From positions 124,792 to 188,791 of the forward strand of contig JAUQPL010000002.1 in NCBI GenBank assembly GCA_030550395.1: DNA of 64,000 nucleotides, in the 5' to 3' direction. Made by a program: the position numbers and the translations under genes. This document shows positions 9,386 to 17,668 of this stretch, one piece after another. Positions within the stretch are counted from its first letter, which is position 1. Every line of letters begins with the position of its first letter. The DNA is from Bacteroidota bacterium (GTDB lineage: Bacteria > Bacteroidota > Ignavibacteria > Kapaibacteriales > HRBIN21). The notes beneath the pieces were generated by a model that had not been told where the DNA came from, did not search any database, and saw only the letters and a program-made list of their open reading frames with translations.

Positions 9386-9769
9386 ATGTCGCCTAAGACC
9401 TCCTCATTTGCTCGAGGGCGGGATGCAGAAGAGCGGGCGGCGGAATACTTAGAGAGGCTGGGATACCGCATTATCGGGCGTAATGTTCGCGTAGGGCGCT
9501 TGGGGGAGATTGATTTGGTCGCCTACGATGGTGAAGTGTTAGTCTTCATTGAGGTCAAGGCGCGAAGCTCTAAGCGGTTTGGGCTCCCCGAAGACGCGCT
9601 GACACTGCGCAAGCAGCGTCGGCTCCTTGAGGTTGCCCGTGCATACCTATCCCTTTCTGGCTTGGAGGGAATTGTATGCCGATTTGACGTCATCGCTCTT
9701 GAGCTTGGAGCTCAGCCTCCGGCAATTCGGCTCTACCGTAATGCCTTTGGCTCAGAGGAAGCGCTCTAG
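9386..9769 (+). CDS. yraN: YraN-family (UPF0102) endonuclease-like protein
   Basis: Contains GRDAEERAAEYLERLGYRIIGRNVR...GEIDLVAYDGEVLVFIEVKARS. Start taken at the internal Met (MSPKTSS); the ORF track begins at 9338. Confidence 0.8.
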   Translation: MSPKTSSFARGRDAEERAAEYLERLGYRIIGRNVRVGRLGEIDLVAYDGEVLVFIEVKARSSKRFGLPEDALTLRKQRRLLEVARAYLSLSGLEGIVCRFDVIALELGAQPPAIRLYRNAFGSEEAL

Positions 9770-11218
9770 GAACTGTAGAAAAGGGGTAGGGAAAATGCCC
9801 AGCGCCAGAACGGCGATGCAGCTTAGCCAAAGTGTCCACATAGCTGTGCTGCCATGAGCGACAGCCAGAGATTCGTGGGGTTCACGGAAGTACATTGCTA
9901 CCAACACCCCAAGATAGAAGTACGCTGAGATCATCGTTCCGATAACTGCGATGATAGCTAACCAGGTATAGCCAGCAGCGATAGCGGCAGTGAAGAGATA
10001 ATACTTCCCGAAGAAGCCGGCAAATGGCGGTAACCCCGTCAGAGAAAAGAGGAAAATGGACATCAGAGCTGCTAAAACAGGGTGGCGTCGGCTCAAACCA
10101 GCGTAATCGCTAAGCTCTAGTCGGTGCTCGTTTTCACGCTCAATAATGGCCACAACCACGAAGGCTCCCAGCTGCATAAAGACATATGCTGCTGCGTAGA
10201 ACAGCATCCCTGCCCATCCACGCTCCGATTGTGCGACGAAGCCCATCAGGAGGTAGCCTGCATGAGCAATAGAGGAGTATGCCAGCATCCGCTTGATATT
10301 GCTCTGTACGACAGCAACGATATTGCCCAGCAAGATTGTAAGGGCTGAGAGCATCGCTACAGCTACTTGCACTTTCGTCTCCACGGCCGGTTGCAGAGCC
10401 TGGAACAGCGGGATCAGACCAATAACCACGGCGGCTTTCCCTACCGTGCTCATAAACGCCGTCACCACCGTTGGTGCTCCCTGGTAGACATCGGGTACCC
10501 ACTGATGGAAGGGGACGATGGCGATTTTAAATCCAATGCCAACCAAGAGGAGTCCGACACCGATGAGGAGGAGCGTCGGTAGCGCCGAACCCTTCTGTAA
10601 GTGTTCGTGAATAGCAGTATAGCTAAGGGCTCCGCTGCTGCCATACAGCATTGCAATGCCGTAGAGGAGGAATCCCGTGGCAAAAGCTCCAAGGAGAAAG
10701 TACTTGAGCGCTGCCTCAATAGAGCGGGGTTGACTCCGGAAATAGCCGGCTAACACATAGAACGAAATGGACATTAGCTCAATTCCGAGAAAGAAGGTGA
10801 TCAAGTGAGCGGAATGCGCCAACATGATCGCGCCAGCGAGGGCAAAGAGGAGTAGGCTGTAAAACTCATCGTACTCCCGGACTTCCCGCCGTAGGTAAGG
10901 GCGAGCTGCTAACAAGGTCAGGATTCCCGCAAGGGCTAAGAGGACGTCAAAAAGCGCTGCAGTTCCACCGACAGAGAGCATTCCGCTGAAGACAGTCCCA
11001 GAGGCCGATACCGTGGCAATCCCGGCACCAGCAACTACCAGCAATCCTATCAGGCTCGTCCAGAAAGCAATCGTTGTACTGTCGCGGACGAAGGCATCTA
11101 TGAGCATGACAGCCGTTGCCAGAAGCCCAATCATGACGACCGGAGCGGCAGAGGACAATTGCGTTACAAATTCCATCATCGCCACTTCTGCTACTGGGAC
11201 CTCATCAGAAGAAAGCAA
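9752..11218 (-). CDS. nuoN: NADH-quinone oxidoreductase subunit N
   Basis: 488-aa, roughly 14-TM antiporter-like protein with MLAYSSIAHAGYLLMG. It is the last gene after nuoL and nuoM. An alternative start is MMEF at about 11179. Confidence 0.9.
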   Translation of the reverse strand: MLSSDEVPVAEVAMMEFVTQLSSAAPVVMIGLLATAVMLIDAFVRDSTTIAFWTSLIGLLVVAGAGIATVSASGTVFSGMLSVGGTAALFDVLLALAGILTLLAARPYLRREVREYDEFYSLLLFALAGAIMLAHSAHLITFFLGIELMSISFYVLAGYFRSQPRSIEAALKYFLLGAFATGFLLYGIAMLYGSSGALSYTAIHEHLQKGSALPTLLLIGVGLLLVGIGFKIAIVPFHQWVPDVYQGAPTVVTAFMSTVGKAAVVIGLIPLFQALQPAVETKVQVAVAMLSALTILLGNIVAVVQSNIKRMLAYSSIAHAGYLLMGFVAQSERGWAGMLFYAAAYVFMQLGAFVVVAIIERENEHRLELSDYAGLSRRHPVLAALMSIFLFSLTGLPPFAGFFGKYYLFTAAIAAGYTWLAIIAVIGTMISAYFYLGVLVAMYFREPHESLAVAHGSTAMWTLWLSCIAVLALGIFPTPFLQFLERFL

Positions 11219-12281
11219 TGGTTCCCGGATTTATCCCGACAGCGAAGCGCTGTACCTGTCCTGTCTCCCTCCAGACGCGGAGGACCTCGCCTGCAACGGT
11301 AAAGGTCCTGGCGTTCCCTATCCAGAGGGAACCTTCAGCATCAACGGCCAGGGTATACCAATGGTCATAGTCTGGCTGTGGGTTCTTCCAAACCAGGAAA
11401 GGAGCACGGACATCTGCTACGGCGATTCCCCATATCCCCTGCGGTCCAAGGAAGAGGAGCGTGTCTGCAGTAGGGGTCCATGCAACATCGTAGCCTGTGA
11501 TTGGCGCGCGCCATGTGCGAAGACGCTGCAGCGATGGCACAGCATATTCAACAACGCCGCCGATGGAATCCTTGCGCCACGCACTCGGCACATGGAGGTA
11601 GATGGCATAGAGCCGTTGCCGCACTGGGTTAAAAGTGACAGTGACCACGTTCGGCCCTACAGGTACGGTGGCAATTTCCCTTTGTTGGCTCAAGGAGAGC
11701 ACAGAGAGAGTCCCCGCTTTCGGCTCATGGGCTCGGTAGTCTCCGTAGCCGGAGTTGGCAACGACCACCATATCGCCAAAGGCAGCGATGCCTTCGGGTG
11801 CAGGTCCGACGGTATACCTTTGACGTAGCTCCTCCAAGCGGCGCAAATGGATAGTGGTAACAGCATCGCCATAGAGATCCGTGACCAGACCCAAGGTGTC
11901 GTTGACGATGCAGAGTTGGCGGGGATAGCGATTCTGCTGGAGGCGGATCCGTCCAATCCATTGGGCTGTACTTGCACGAAAACACTCAATGCTGCGTGAA
12001 CCTGAGACGACGACATAGAGGGTGTCCCCGAGCCGGACCATGTCATTTCCTACATCCCCTAGGGAAAGTCCGGTCCCAGCGAGCACGTCCGGAATGACGG
12101 CACCATCGGGCAACTCGATGCGGGCCAGGGTCGCGTTGGAATGGCCCCAGAGTCCTTCGCATAGCACGTATGCTCCGTGCTGTGCCTTCGGTTCCGCGAT
12201 GGGGCGCACAATGCTCTCATTGCAGCTCCAGCAACCGAGCACAGCCAGGAGGATAGGCAGAAGGGAGCGATACTGGCTCAT
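11205..12281 (-). CDS. Beta-propeller lipoprotein (YncE/DUF5074-like by eye)
   Basis: 358 aa. Lipoprotein signal LLPILLAVLGC. N-terminal GAYVLCEGLWGHSNATL segment and repeated beta-blade pattern. The ATG overlaps the nuoM stop (ATGA). Confidence 0.55.
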   Translation of the reverse strand: MSQYRSLLPILLAVLGCWSCNESIVRPIAEPKAQHGAYVLCEGLWGHSNATLARIELPDGAVIPDVLAGTGLSLGDVGNDMVRLGDTLYVVVSGSRSIECFRASTAQWIGRIRLQQNRYPRQLCIVNDTLGLVTDLYGDAVTTIHLRRLEELRQRYTVGPAPEGIAAFGDMVVVANSGYGDYRAHEPKAGTLSVLSLSQQREIATVPVGPNVVTVTFNPVRQRLYAIYLHVPSAWRKDSIGGVVEYAVPSLQRLRTWRAPITGYDVAWTPTADTLLFLGPQGIWGIAVADVRAPFLVWKNPQPDYDHWYTLAVDAEGSLWIGNARTFTVAGEVLRVWRETGQVQRFAVGINPGTIAFF

Positions 12282-13906
12282 GGTCGGGGTGGTGGCATGC
12301 GACGTAGCTGTTCTTCCAGTAGCTTCTGGGGCTCTCCTACCCCCGGTGGAGATGGCTGTTCCGAGGGCGGTTTCGGTTCCGGTACACCAATCGTGGTGGT
12401 GCCGAAGCGCAGCTGTTCAAGCTTCGCAACCAATCCCCGCAGGGCAACTTCGCTGGTCTGCAAGAACGGGCGTGGGTAGAGACCGATCAACAGGAACAGT
12501 GCTACTAAGGGCAACAGCTGGAGCCGCTCTAGCCAATGGATGTCCCGGAGGTGATAGTTCTCTGGATTGCCCGGTTGACCGAACATCAGAGCATGGTAGA
12601 ACTTGAGCAAATATGCCGCTGCCAAGATAATTCCGCAGGCGCCGAGCACAGCCGGCAGGAAACTGTCCAGGAAACGAGACTGCGCAGCTCCCAGAAGGCT
12701 TAAGAACTCTCCAATGAACCCATTGAGTCCCGGAAGGCCCGCAGAGGACAAGACTGCCAGCGCTACCAGAACGGCAAATACGGGCATTCGCGGTGCCAGC
12801 CCTCCAAATTCGGCAAGCTCCCTTGTATGTCGTCTCTCGTAGAGCATCCCCACGCAGAGAAAGAGCATACCCGTGGAGAGTCCGTGGTTGACCATTTGAA
12901 GCAGCGCTCCCTGTAAGCCCTCTACAGTCATGGAAAAGATGCCCAACACGATGAAGCCTAAGTGGCTGACGGAGGAATAGGCAATCAGCTTTTTCATGTC
13001 GTTTTGGGCAAAGGCTACCAGAGCACCGTAGAGGATCCCTACAACCCCCAGCCATGCCAAGAGAGGGGCATACTCAAAGCTGGCTTGGGGGAAGAGCTCT
13101 AAGTTGAAGCGCACCAAGCCATAGGTGCCCATCTTCAAGAGCACCCCTGCTAAGATTACCGAGCCGGCTGTCGGCGCTTCCACGTGGGCATCGGGCAGCC
13201 AAGTGTGCAGCGGAAACAATGGAACCTTGATGCAGAAGGAGAGAGCAAAAGCCCAGAAGAGCCAGCGCTGAAGCTCTATGGGGAGATTCGGTGCGATATA
13301 GCGGAGGCGCTCAAAATCAGCGGTAAAGCTCCCGGCGTGCTGTTCGGCATAGACCCCAAGCCAGACGATAGCGACCAGCATCAAAAGGGAGCCTACCAGG
13401 GTATAGAGGAAGAATTTCAGTGCGGCGTAGACCCGATTTCCCCCTCCCCAAATGCCGATAATGAAGTACATCGGGATGAGCACGAGCTCCCAGAAGACGT
13501 AGAACAGAAAAGTGTCCAATGCCACGAACACGCCCAGCATTGCGCTCTCCAGGAGCATCATCATGGCATAGTACTCCTTCTGCCGATGGCGAATCGGTTC
13601 CAGCGATGCCAGGAGCGCAATGGGCATCAGAAAGGTAGTCAGGAGCACTAACAGGAGCGAGATCCCATCTATCCCCAAGCGGAAGCCAATATCTAAGGCC
13701 TCTATCCACCGCACAGCGATGTGGAACTGGAAGCCTGCCTCGTTCGGGCGGAAGGCAATCCAGAGGGCAATTGCCAATGCCAGTGTGACAAGGCTTGCTG
13801 TAAGGCTTACCGCATGGATCCACCGAACATGTCTACGTGGCAGAGCAAGAATGAACAGGAATCCTGCCAATGGAACCGCAAGTGTCCCGACCAAAACCCA
13901 TACCAT
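12278..13906 (-). CDS. nuoM: NADH-quinone oxidoreductase subunit M (with Pro-rich C-terminal tail)
   Basis: 542 aa. Contains KKLIAYSSVSHLGFIVLG and WLPDAHVEAPTAGSV. The final roughly 60 aa are non-membrane and Pro/Glu-rich. Confidence 0.9.
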   Translation of the reverse strand: MVWVLVGTLAVPLAGFLFILALPRRHVRWIHAVSLTASLVTLALAIALWIAFRPNEAGFQFHIAVRWIEALDIGFRLGIDGISLLLVLLTTFLMPIALLASLEPIRHRQKEYYAMMMLLESAMLGVFVALDTFLFYVFWELVLIPMYFIIGIWGGGNRVYAALKFFLYTLVGSLLMLVAIVWLGVYAEQHAGSFTADFERLRYIAPNLPIELQRWLFWAFALSFCIKVPLFPLHTWLPDAHVEAPTAGSVILAGVLLKMGTYGLVRFNLELFPQASFEYAPLLAWLGVVGILYGALVAFAQNDMKKLIAYSSVSHLGFIVLGIFSMTVEGLQGALLQMVNHGLSTGMLFLCVGMLYERRHTRELAEFGGLAPRMPVFAVLVALAVLSSAGLPGLNGFIGEFLSLLGAAQSRFLDSFLPAVLGACGIILAAAYLLKFYHALMFGQPGNPENYHLRDIHWLERLQLLPLVALFLLIGLYPRPFLQTSEVALRGLVAKLEQLRFGTTTIGVPEPKPPSEQPSPPGVGEPQKLLEEQLRRMPPPRP

Positions 13907-13935
13907 TACAGAGCTGTGCTGGATATTGTGTCACC

Positions 13936-15897
13936 TCAGAAAAACACCAACCACGATAGGAGAGCAAGAATGCCGGCGAGCATAACAGCAGCATATGTCT
14001 GGGCAATGCCTGTCTGTAGGCGGCGGAGTGCACGACCGAACTGCCCAATTACCCGAGCAACCCCGTTGACCAGACCGTCAATGAGCATGACATCGGTAAG
14101 GCGCCAGAAGAAGCGCTCGGATACTTGTTGGACTGGCTCTACGATAAGCTTTTGGTAGACCTCGTCTACGTAATACTTGTGCCCCAACAAGCGGTATAGT
14201 TTTCCCAAGCGCTGTTCCATTTGCCGCTCTGCGCTTATACCCTCTCCAACAAAGAGGCGCCATGCCAGCATAATGCCTCCGATGCCAACCCCTGTTGCCA
14301 GGAGCATCAATACATATTCTTCCCAGTGGATAGCCAGAACGGGGGCTCTACCTAACGCTACCATTGCTGGGGTAAAGACAGGCTCTAGGAACCGTTCCAG
14401 CAGATTCGGGTTAGTCCCAATGGGGAAGAGGGCGTATGGGATACCTAAAAGTCCCCCTGTCAGGGAGAGGAAGCCCAGAATCAGCAGAGGAATCCGCATT
14501 ACTGCCGGTGCTTCATGGGGATGGATGTGACGGTGGTCAAACCGTTCCTCTCCGTGGAACACAAGTCCGATAAGGCGGAAAGTATAGAATGCCGTGCAGA
14601 ATGCAGCAGCCGTCAGGACCAGCCACCCTATTACACCTACCTCCTCGAACACCTGCCAGAGGATAGCGTCTTTGGAGAAGAAGCCACTCAGAGGAGGTAT
14701 TCCAGCAATTGCCAGACCAGCGATGAGAAAGAGGCGATAAGTCGTGGGCATATACCGCTTCAGTCCTCCCATGAGGCGGATATTCTGTTGCTCATGGAGG
14801 GCATGAATGACAGCGCCGGCTCCCAAGAAGAGGAGAGCCTTGAAGAAGGCGTGGGTGACGACGTGGAATACCGCTGCAGTGAATGCCCCGGCGCCAGCAG
14901 CCGTGAACATAAACCCCAGTTGGCTGATCGTAGAATATGCCAGCACTTTTTTGATGTCTGTTTGCACCAAACCAATGGTAGCAGCCGCCAGCGCCGTGAG
15001 AGCGCCAATGACTGTAATTATCCCCAACGTCGTTGGGGCTAAGGCAAACAAAGGGGACAGCCGCGCAACCAAGAAGATCCCCGCCGTTACCATTGTTGCG
15101 GCATGGATAAGGGCAGAGACAGGTGTCGGGCCTGCCATGGCGTCAGGGAGCCAAACGGCCAGGGGGATTTGGGCGGATTTCCCTGTGCATGCTAAGAAGA
15201 GAAGCAGTGTGATGACCGTGACAATGTCTGAACCAACGGGAAACACCGTAGCGGCCTGGGCATTGATGGCGGTGTATTCCAACGTCCCGAATTGCTTGAC
15301 GAGGAGAAACATCGCCAAAAGCATCCCAACATCCCCGATGCGGTTGATGATGAACGCCTTGCGCCCAGCATCTGTGGTCCAAAGAATACCGACCCCCTGA
15401 AAGTGGCGATCGTACCAGAAGCCAATGAGCAAGTATGAACACAGACCCACTCCTTCCCAGCCGAGAAATGTCAGTAAGAGGTTAGAGCTCAGCACCAGTA
15501 CGAGCATCATGAAGATGAACAGATTCAGGTAGGCGAAAAAGCGCCAAAAGCTGCGGTCGCCGTGCATGTAGCCGATAGAGTAGACATGGATGAGGAAACC
15601 TACCCCTGTCACGACCAGAGCGAAGACAATGCTCAGTGGGTCGACGTGGAACGCGATATCTGCATGGAAATTACCGGCAACGACCCAGCGATAGAGAGTG
15701 ACCGTATGTGACTGCTGGGAGGCAGGGAGCTGCAAAAGCCATCCCAGAGTGAGGAGGCTTAGAAGGAACGAGACTCCAACTGTGCTGCTACCGACGATAC
15801 CGATGAGGGTTTCCGAACGCCATCGCCAACCGAGAAGTCCCAGCACAACGAATCCTGCAAGGGGGATCAGCGGAATTGCAGTGATGATAAAATCCAT
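13936..15897 (-). CDS. nuoL: NADH-quinone oxidoreductase subunit L
   Basis: 653 aa. Contains KKVLAYSTISQLGFMF. A long C-terminal amphipathic lateral helix (KYYVDEVYQKLIVEP...) plus a terminal TM segment is diagnostic of NuoL. Confidence 0.9.
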   Translation of the reverse strand: MDFIITAIPLIPLAGFVVLGLLGWRWRSETLIGIVGSSTVGVSFLLSLLTLGWLLQLPASQQSHTVTLYRWVVAGNFHADIAFHVDPLSIVFALVVTGVGFLIHVYSIGYMHGDRSFWRFFAYLNLFIFMMLVLVLSSNLLLTFLGWEGVGLCSYLLIGFWYDRHFQGVGILWTTDAGRKAFIINRIGDVGMLLAMFLLVKQFGTLEYTAINAQAATVFPVGSDIVTVITLLLFLACTGKSAQIPLAVWLPDAMAGPTPVSALIHAATMVTAGIFLVARLSPLFALAPTTLGIITVIGALTALAAATIGLVQTDIKKVLAYSTISQLGFMFTAAGAGAFTAAVFHVVTHAFFKALLFLGAGAVIHALHEQQNIRLMGGLKRYMPTTYRLFLIAGLAIAGIPPLSGFFSKDAILWQVFEEVGVIGWLVLTAAAFCTAFYTFRLIGLVFHGEERFDHRHIHPHEAPAVMRIPLLILGFLSLTGGLLGIPYALFPIGTNPNLLERFLEPVFTPAMVALGRAPVLAIHWEEYVLMLLATGVGIGGIMLAWRLFVGEGISAERQMEQRLGKLYRLLGHKYYVDEVYQKLIVEPVQQVSERFFWRLTDVMLIDGLVNGVARVIGQFGRALRRLQTGIAQTYAAVMLAGILALLSWLVFF

Positions 15898-15913
15898 TGC
15901 TCTGGACCTTGCC

Positions 15914-16816
15914 TCACGATACTTCGACTTCCTCGGTCACAAAACGCTCAAATGGTAGCTCTATCGGGGAAAAGTGCAGGCGCAGAGTCTCATCAATGAC
16001 CATCATAGTATTCCGCTCCACCTTAATCCAATCCGAGTGAGTTCCGGTCAGGGGTTCCGAGGCAATGATCACTGCCGAAGGGTGCCCATACGTAGATTCC
16101 ATACCGCACCAATCCCCGTGGCAGTAGTAACGCTTTCCGTACATGTAGTACAGAGTTGCTGGCTGAGCATTCGGGTTAGTCGTATACCGAGTTGCAACGA
16201 TGCTGGTACCATTCGTTACGCAGATGTTGAGGTAGGAGTGTTCCCGCACATTCGCCTCGATGAGCAGATTGCTTAGCTCGTAGAGCATGGACCAGACGGC
16301 TTCTACAAGCTCTTCGCAGCTTACGTCTCCAAAGGGATCACGGATGAAGTTGAGGAGCAACCCGAAGAGGTGTTCAGAATCCGTGGAGCCCATGATTGCA
16401 TCGTAAGCGGTATCATTGAGCTGGCGCAGGAGTTTGCGTCGGATTGCGCGGAATCCTCCCACAACTCCATTGTGCATGAACATCAAGCGACCGCACCAAA
16501 AGGGGTGAGAGTTGACCTCCTCTACCATGAATCCAGGCGAGGCAGCGCGTACATGGGCGAAGATGAGGGGAGAATAAATCTTCCGCGCCAGATTGCGCAG
16601 ATTCAGATCACTCCAGGCAGGCTTGATGCTGCGGAATACACACGGTTCGTTGTCTATTTCGGGAACGTACCACCCGATTCCAAACCCATCCCCATTGACG
16701 GTAACGGACATTTCCTCTGCCCGAATGGTCTGGGCACGAATGAGGGAGTGCGGGGGTTTGTAAAGCAAGTCCTCCGCCAGTATGGGAGGTCCAATGTAGG
16801 CAACGAAACGGCACAT
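15914..16816 (-). CDS. Class-II (Ntn-type) glutamine amidotransferase, YafJ/EgtC-like
   Basis: 300 aa. Begins MCRFVAYIG (Cys2 nucleophile) and contains GDGFGIGWY and SHPF...MHNG. Confidence 0.75.
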   Translation of the reverse strand: MCRFVAYIGPPILAEDLLYKPPHSLIRAQTIRAEEMSVTVNGDGFGIGWYVPEIDNEPCVFRSIKPAWSDLNLRNLARKIYSPLIFAHVRAASPGFMVEEVNSHPFWCGRLMFMHNGVVGGFRAIRRKLLRQLNDTAYDAIMGSTDSEHLFGLLLNFIRDPFGDVSCEELVEAVWSMLYELSNLLIEANVREHSYLNICVTNGTSIVATRYTTNPNAQPATLYYMYGKRYYCHGDWCGMESTYGHPSAVIIASEPLTGTHSDWIKVERNTMMVIDETLRLHFSPIELPFERFVTEEVEVS

Positions 16817-16853
16817 CCTGGCCAGGGTACAGTTAAAGTCAACCGCCGAAAAG

Positions 16854-16861
16854 CAAAATTA
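16854..16861 (-). promoter_or_regulatory. Bacteroidetes-type -7 promoter element TAATTTTG upstream of the amidotransferase-nuoLMN unit
   Basis: The reverse complement of 16854-16861 reads TAATTTTG (TAnnTTTG consensus), 38 nt upstream of the ATG at 16816. Confidence 0.4.
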
Positions 16862-16913
16862 CGCGAAAGCCAGAGCAATCCTCCCGAAGCTATCAACTGT
16901 AGGCGGGATCAGC

Positions 16914-16921
16914 TATTTTTG
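16914..16921 (+). promoter_or_regulatory. Bacteroidetes-type -7 promoter element TATTTTTG
   Basis: TATTTTTG lies 39 nt upstream of the ATG at 16960. It is divergent from the element at 16854-16861. Confidence 0.4.
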
Positions 16922-16959
16922 TGCCTAAACACCCGGTTTCCCTACAGGCGGTCGTGCTC

Positions 16960-17667
16960 ATGTGGAGAGCAGGTGTTGCTCTTCTTGGCGTTCTTGGCAT
17001 TGTGGAGTGGGGATGTTCAGAGGAAATTGCGGCACTGGGGACAACGGTCCATGTTGCAGCCCAACTTGCTGCCGCAGTGGTCCGGCAGTCCACGATGGAA
17101 AAGAGAGCAGTTCCGCAAGGTCAGTCGGAGGTTGATTCATTGGAGGTCACAAGTGTACGAATCTTGTTAAAGCGTCTCAAGCTCCATACGACCGGGGATA
17201 CGAGCCTGCAAGGTGAGGAAGTCAAAGTCGGTCCTTTCGTTGCCGTCTTTGCCCACCGGGAGAGACAGTTGGCAGTTTCAACGATTCCTCCGGCAACTTA
17301 CCGAAGGCTCAAGCTGGAGTTCCATCGGCTTACAGACGAGGAAGTGTCTCGGTACGCTAACGATTCTTTGCTATGGGAGTTTGCAACACCGGAGCGGTAT
17401 AGCGTTTCAATTGAAGGGAGGGTTTTTACCCCGGCTGGGGCGTCTGCGTTCATCTATCGGAGCGATGTTACAGCGAATGTTGCACTCCCGTTGGAACCGC
17501 CAGCAGAGGTGAGGAAAGAGCAAGTGCTTTCCCTCTTGTTGCACTTTGATCCTTACCAAATCTTTGTCGTAGCAGGGCGTCTGGTGGATCCCCGTGACGA
17601 GCGTAACCGCCGTTTTATTGACTCCAATCTCCACATGGCTTTCAAAGTTCTCAAGCGGACTATCTGA
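16960..17667 (+). CDS. Hypothetical lipoprotein (possibly DUF4382-like)
   Basis: Signal with Cys (MWRAGVALLGVLGIVEWGC). No catalytic motifs. The ORF-track start at 16921 overlaps the putative promoter, so the ATG at 16960 is preferred. Confidence 0.4.
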   Translation: MWRAGVALLGVLGIVEWGCSEEIAALGTTVHVAAQLAAAVVRQSTMEKRAVPQGQSEVDSLEVTSVRILLKRLKLHTTGDTSLQGEEVKVGPFVAVFAHRERQLAVSTIPPATYRRLKLEFHRLTDEEVSRYANDSLLWEFATPERYSVSIEGRVFTPAGASAFIYRSDVTANVALPLEPPAEVRKEQVLSLLLHFDPYQIFVVAGRLVDPRDERNRRFIDSNLHMAFKVLKRTI

Positions 17668-17668
17668 G

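Noticed and set aside
11013-11828. 271-aa plus-strand ORF antisense to nuoN and the propeller gene
   Set aside because: It lies entirely within well-supported minus-strand genes. Its composition is Ser/Arg/Gly/Pro-rich with no motifs, which is typical of spurious antisense ORFs in GC-rich DNA.
12417-13055. 212-aa minus-strand alternative-frame ORF inside nuoM
   Set aside because: It is out of frame with the conserved NuoM sequence and is Arg/Gly/Cys-rich, so it is a frame artefact.
16370-17170. 266-aa plus-strand ORF overlapping the amidotransferase gene and the divergent promoter region
   Set aside because: It is antisense to a gene with a clear Ntn-amidotransferase signature. It spans two promoter-like elements and has low-complexity Arg/Gly/Ser content.
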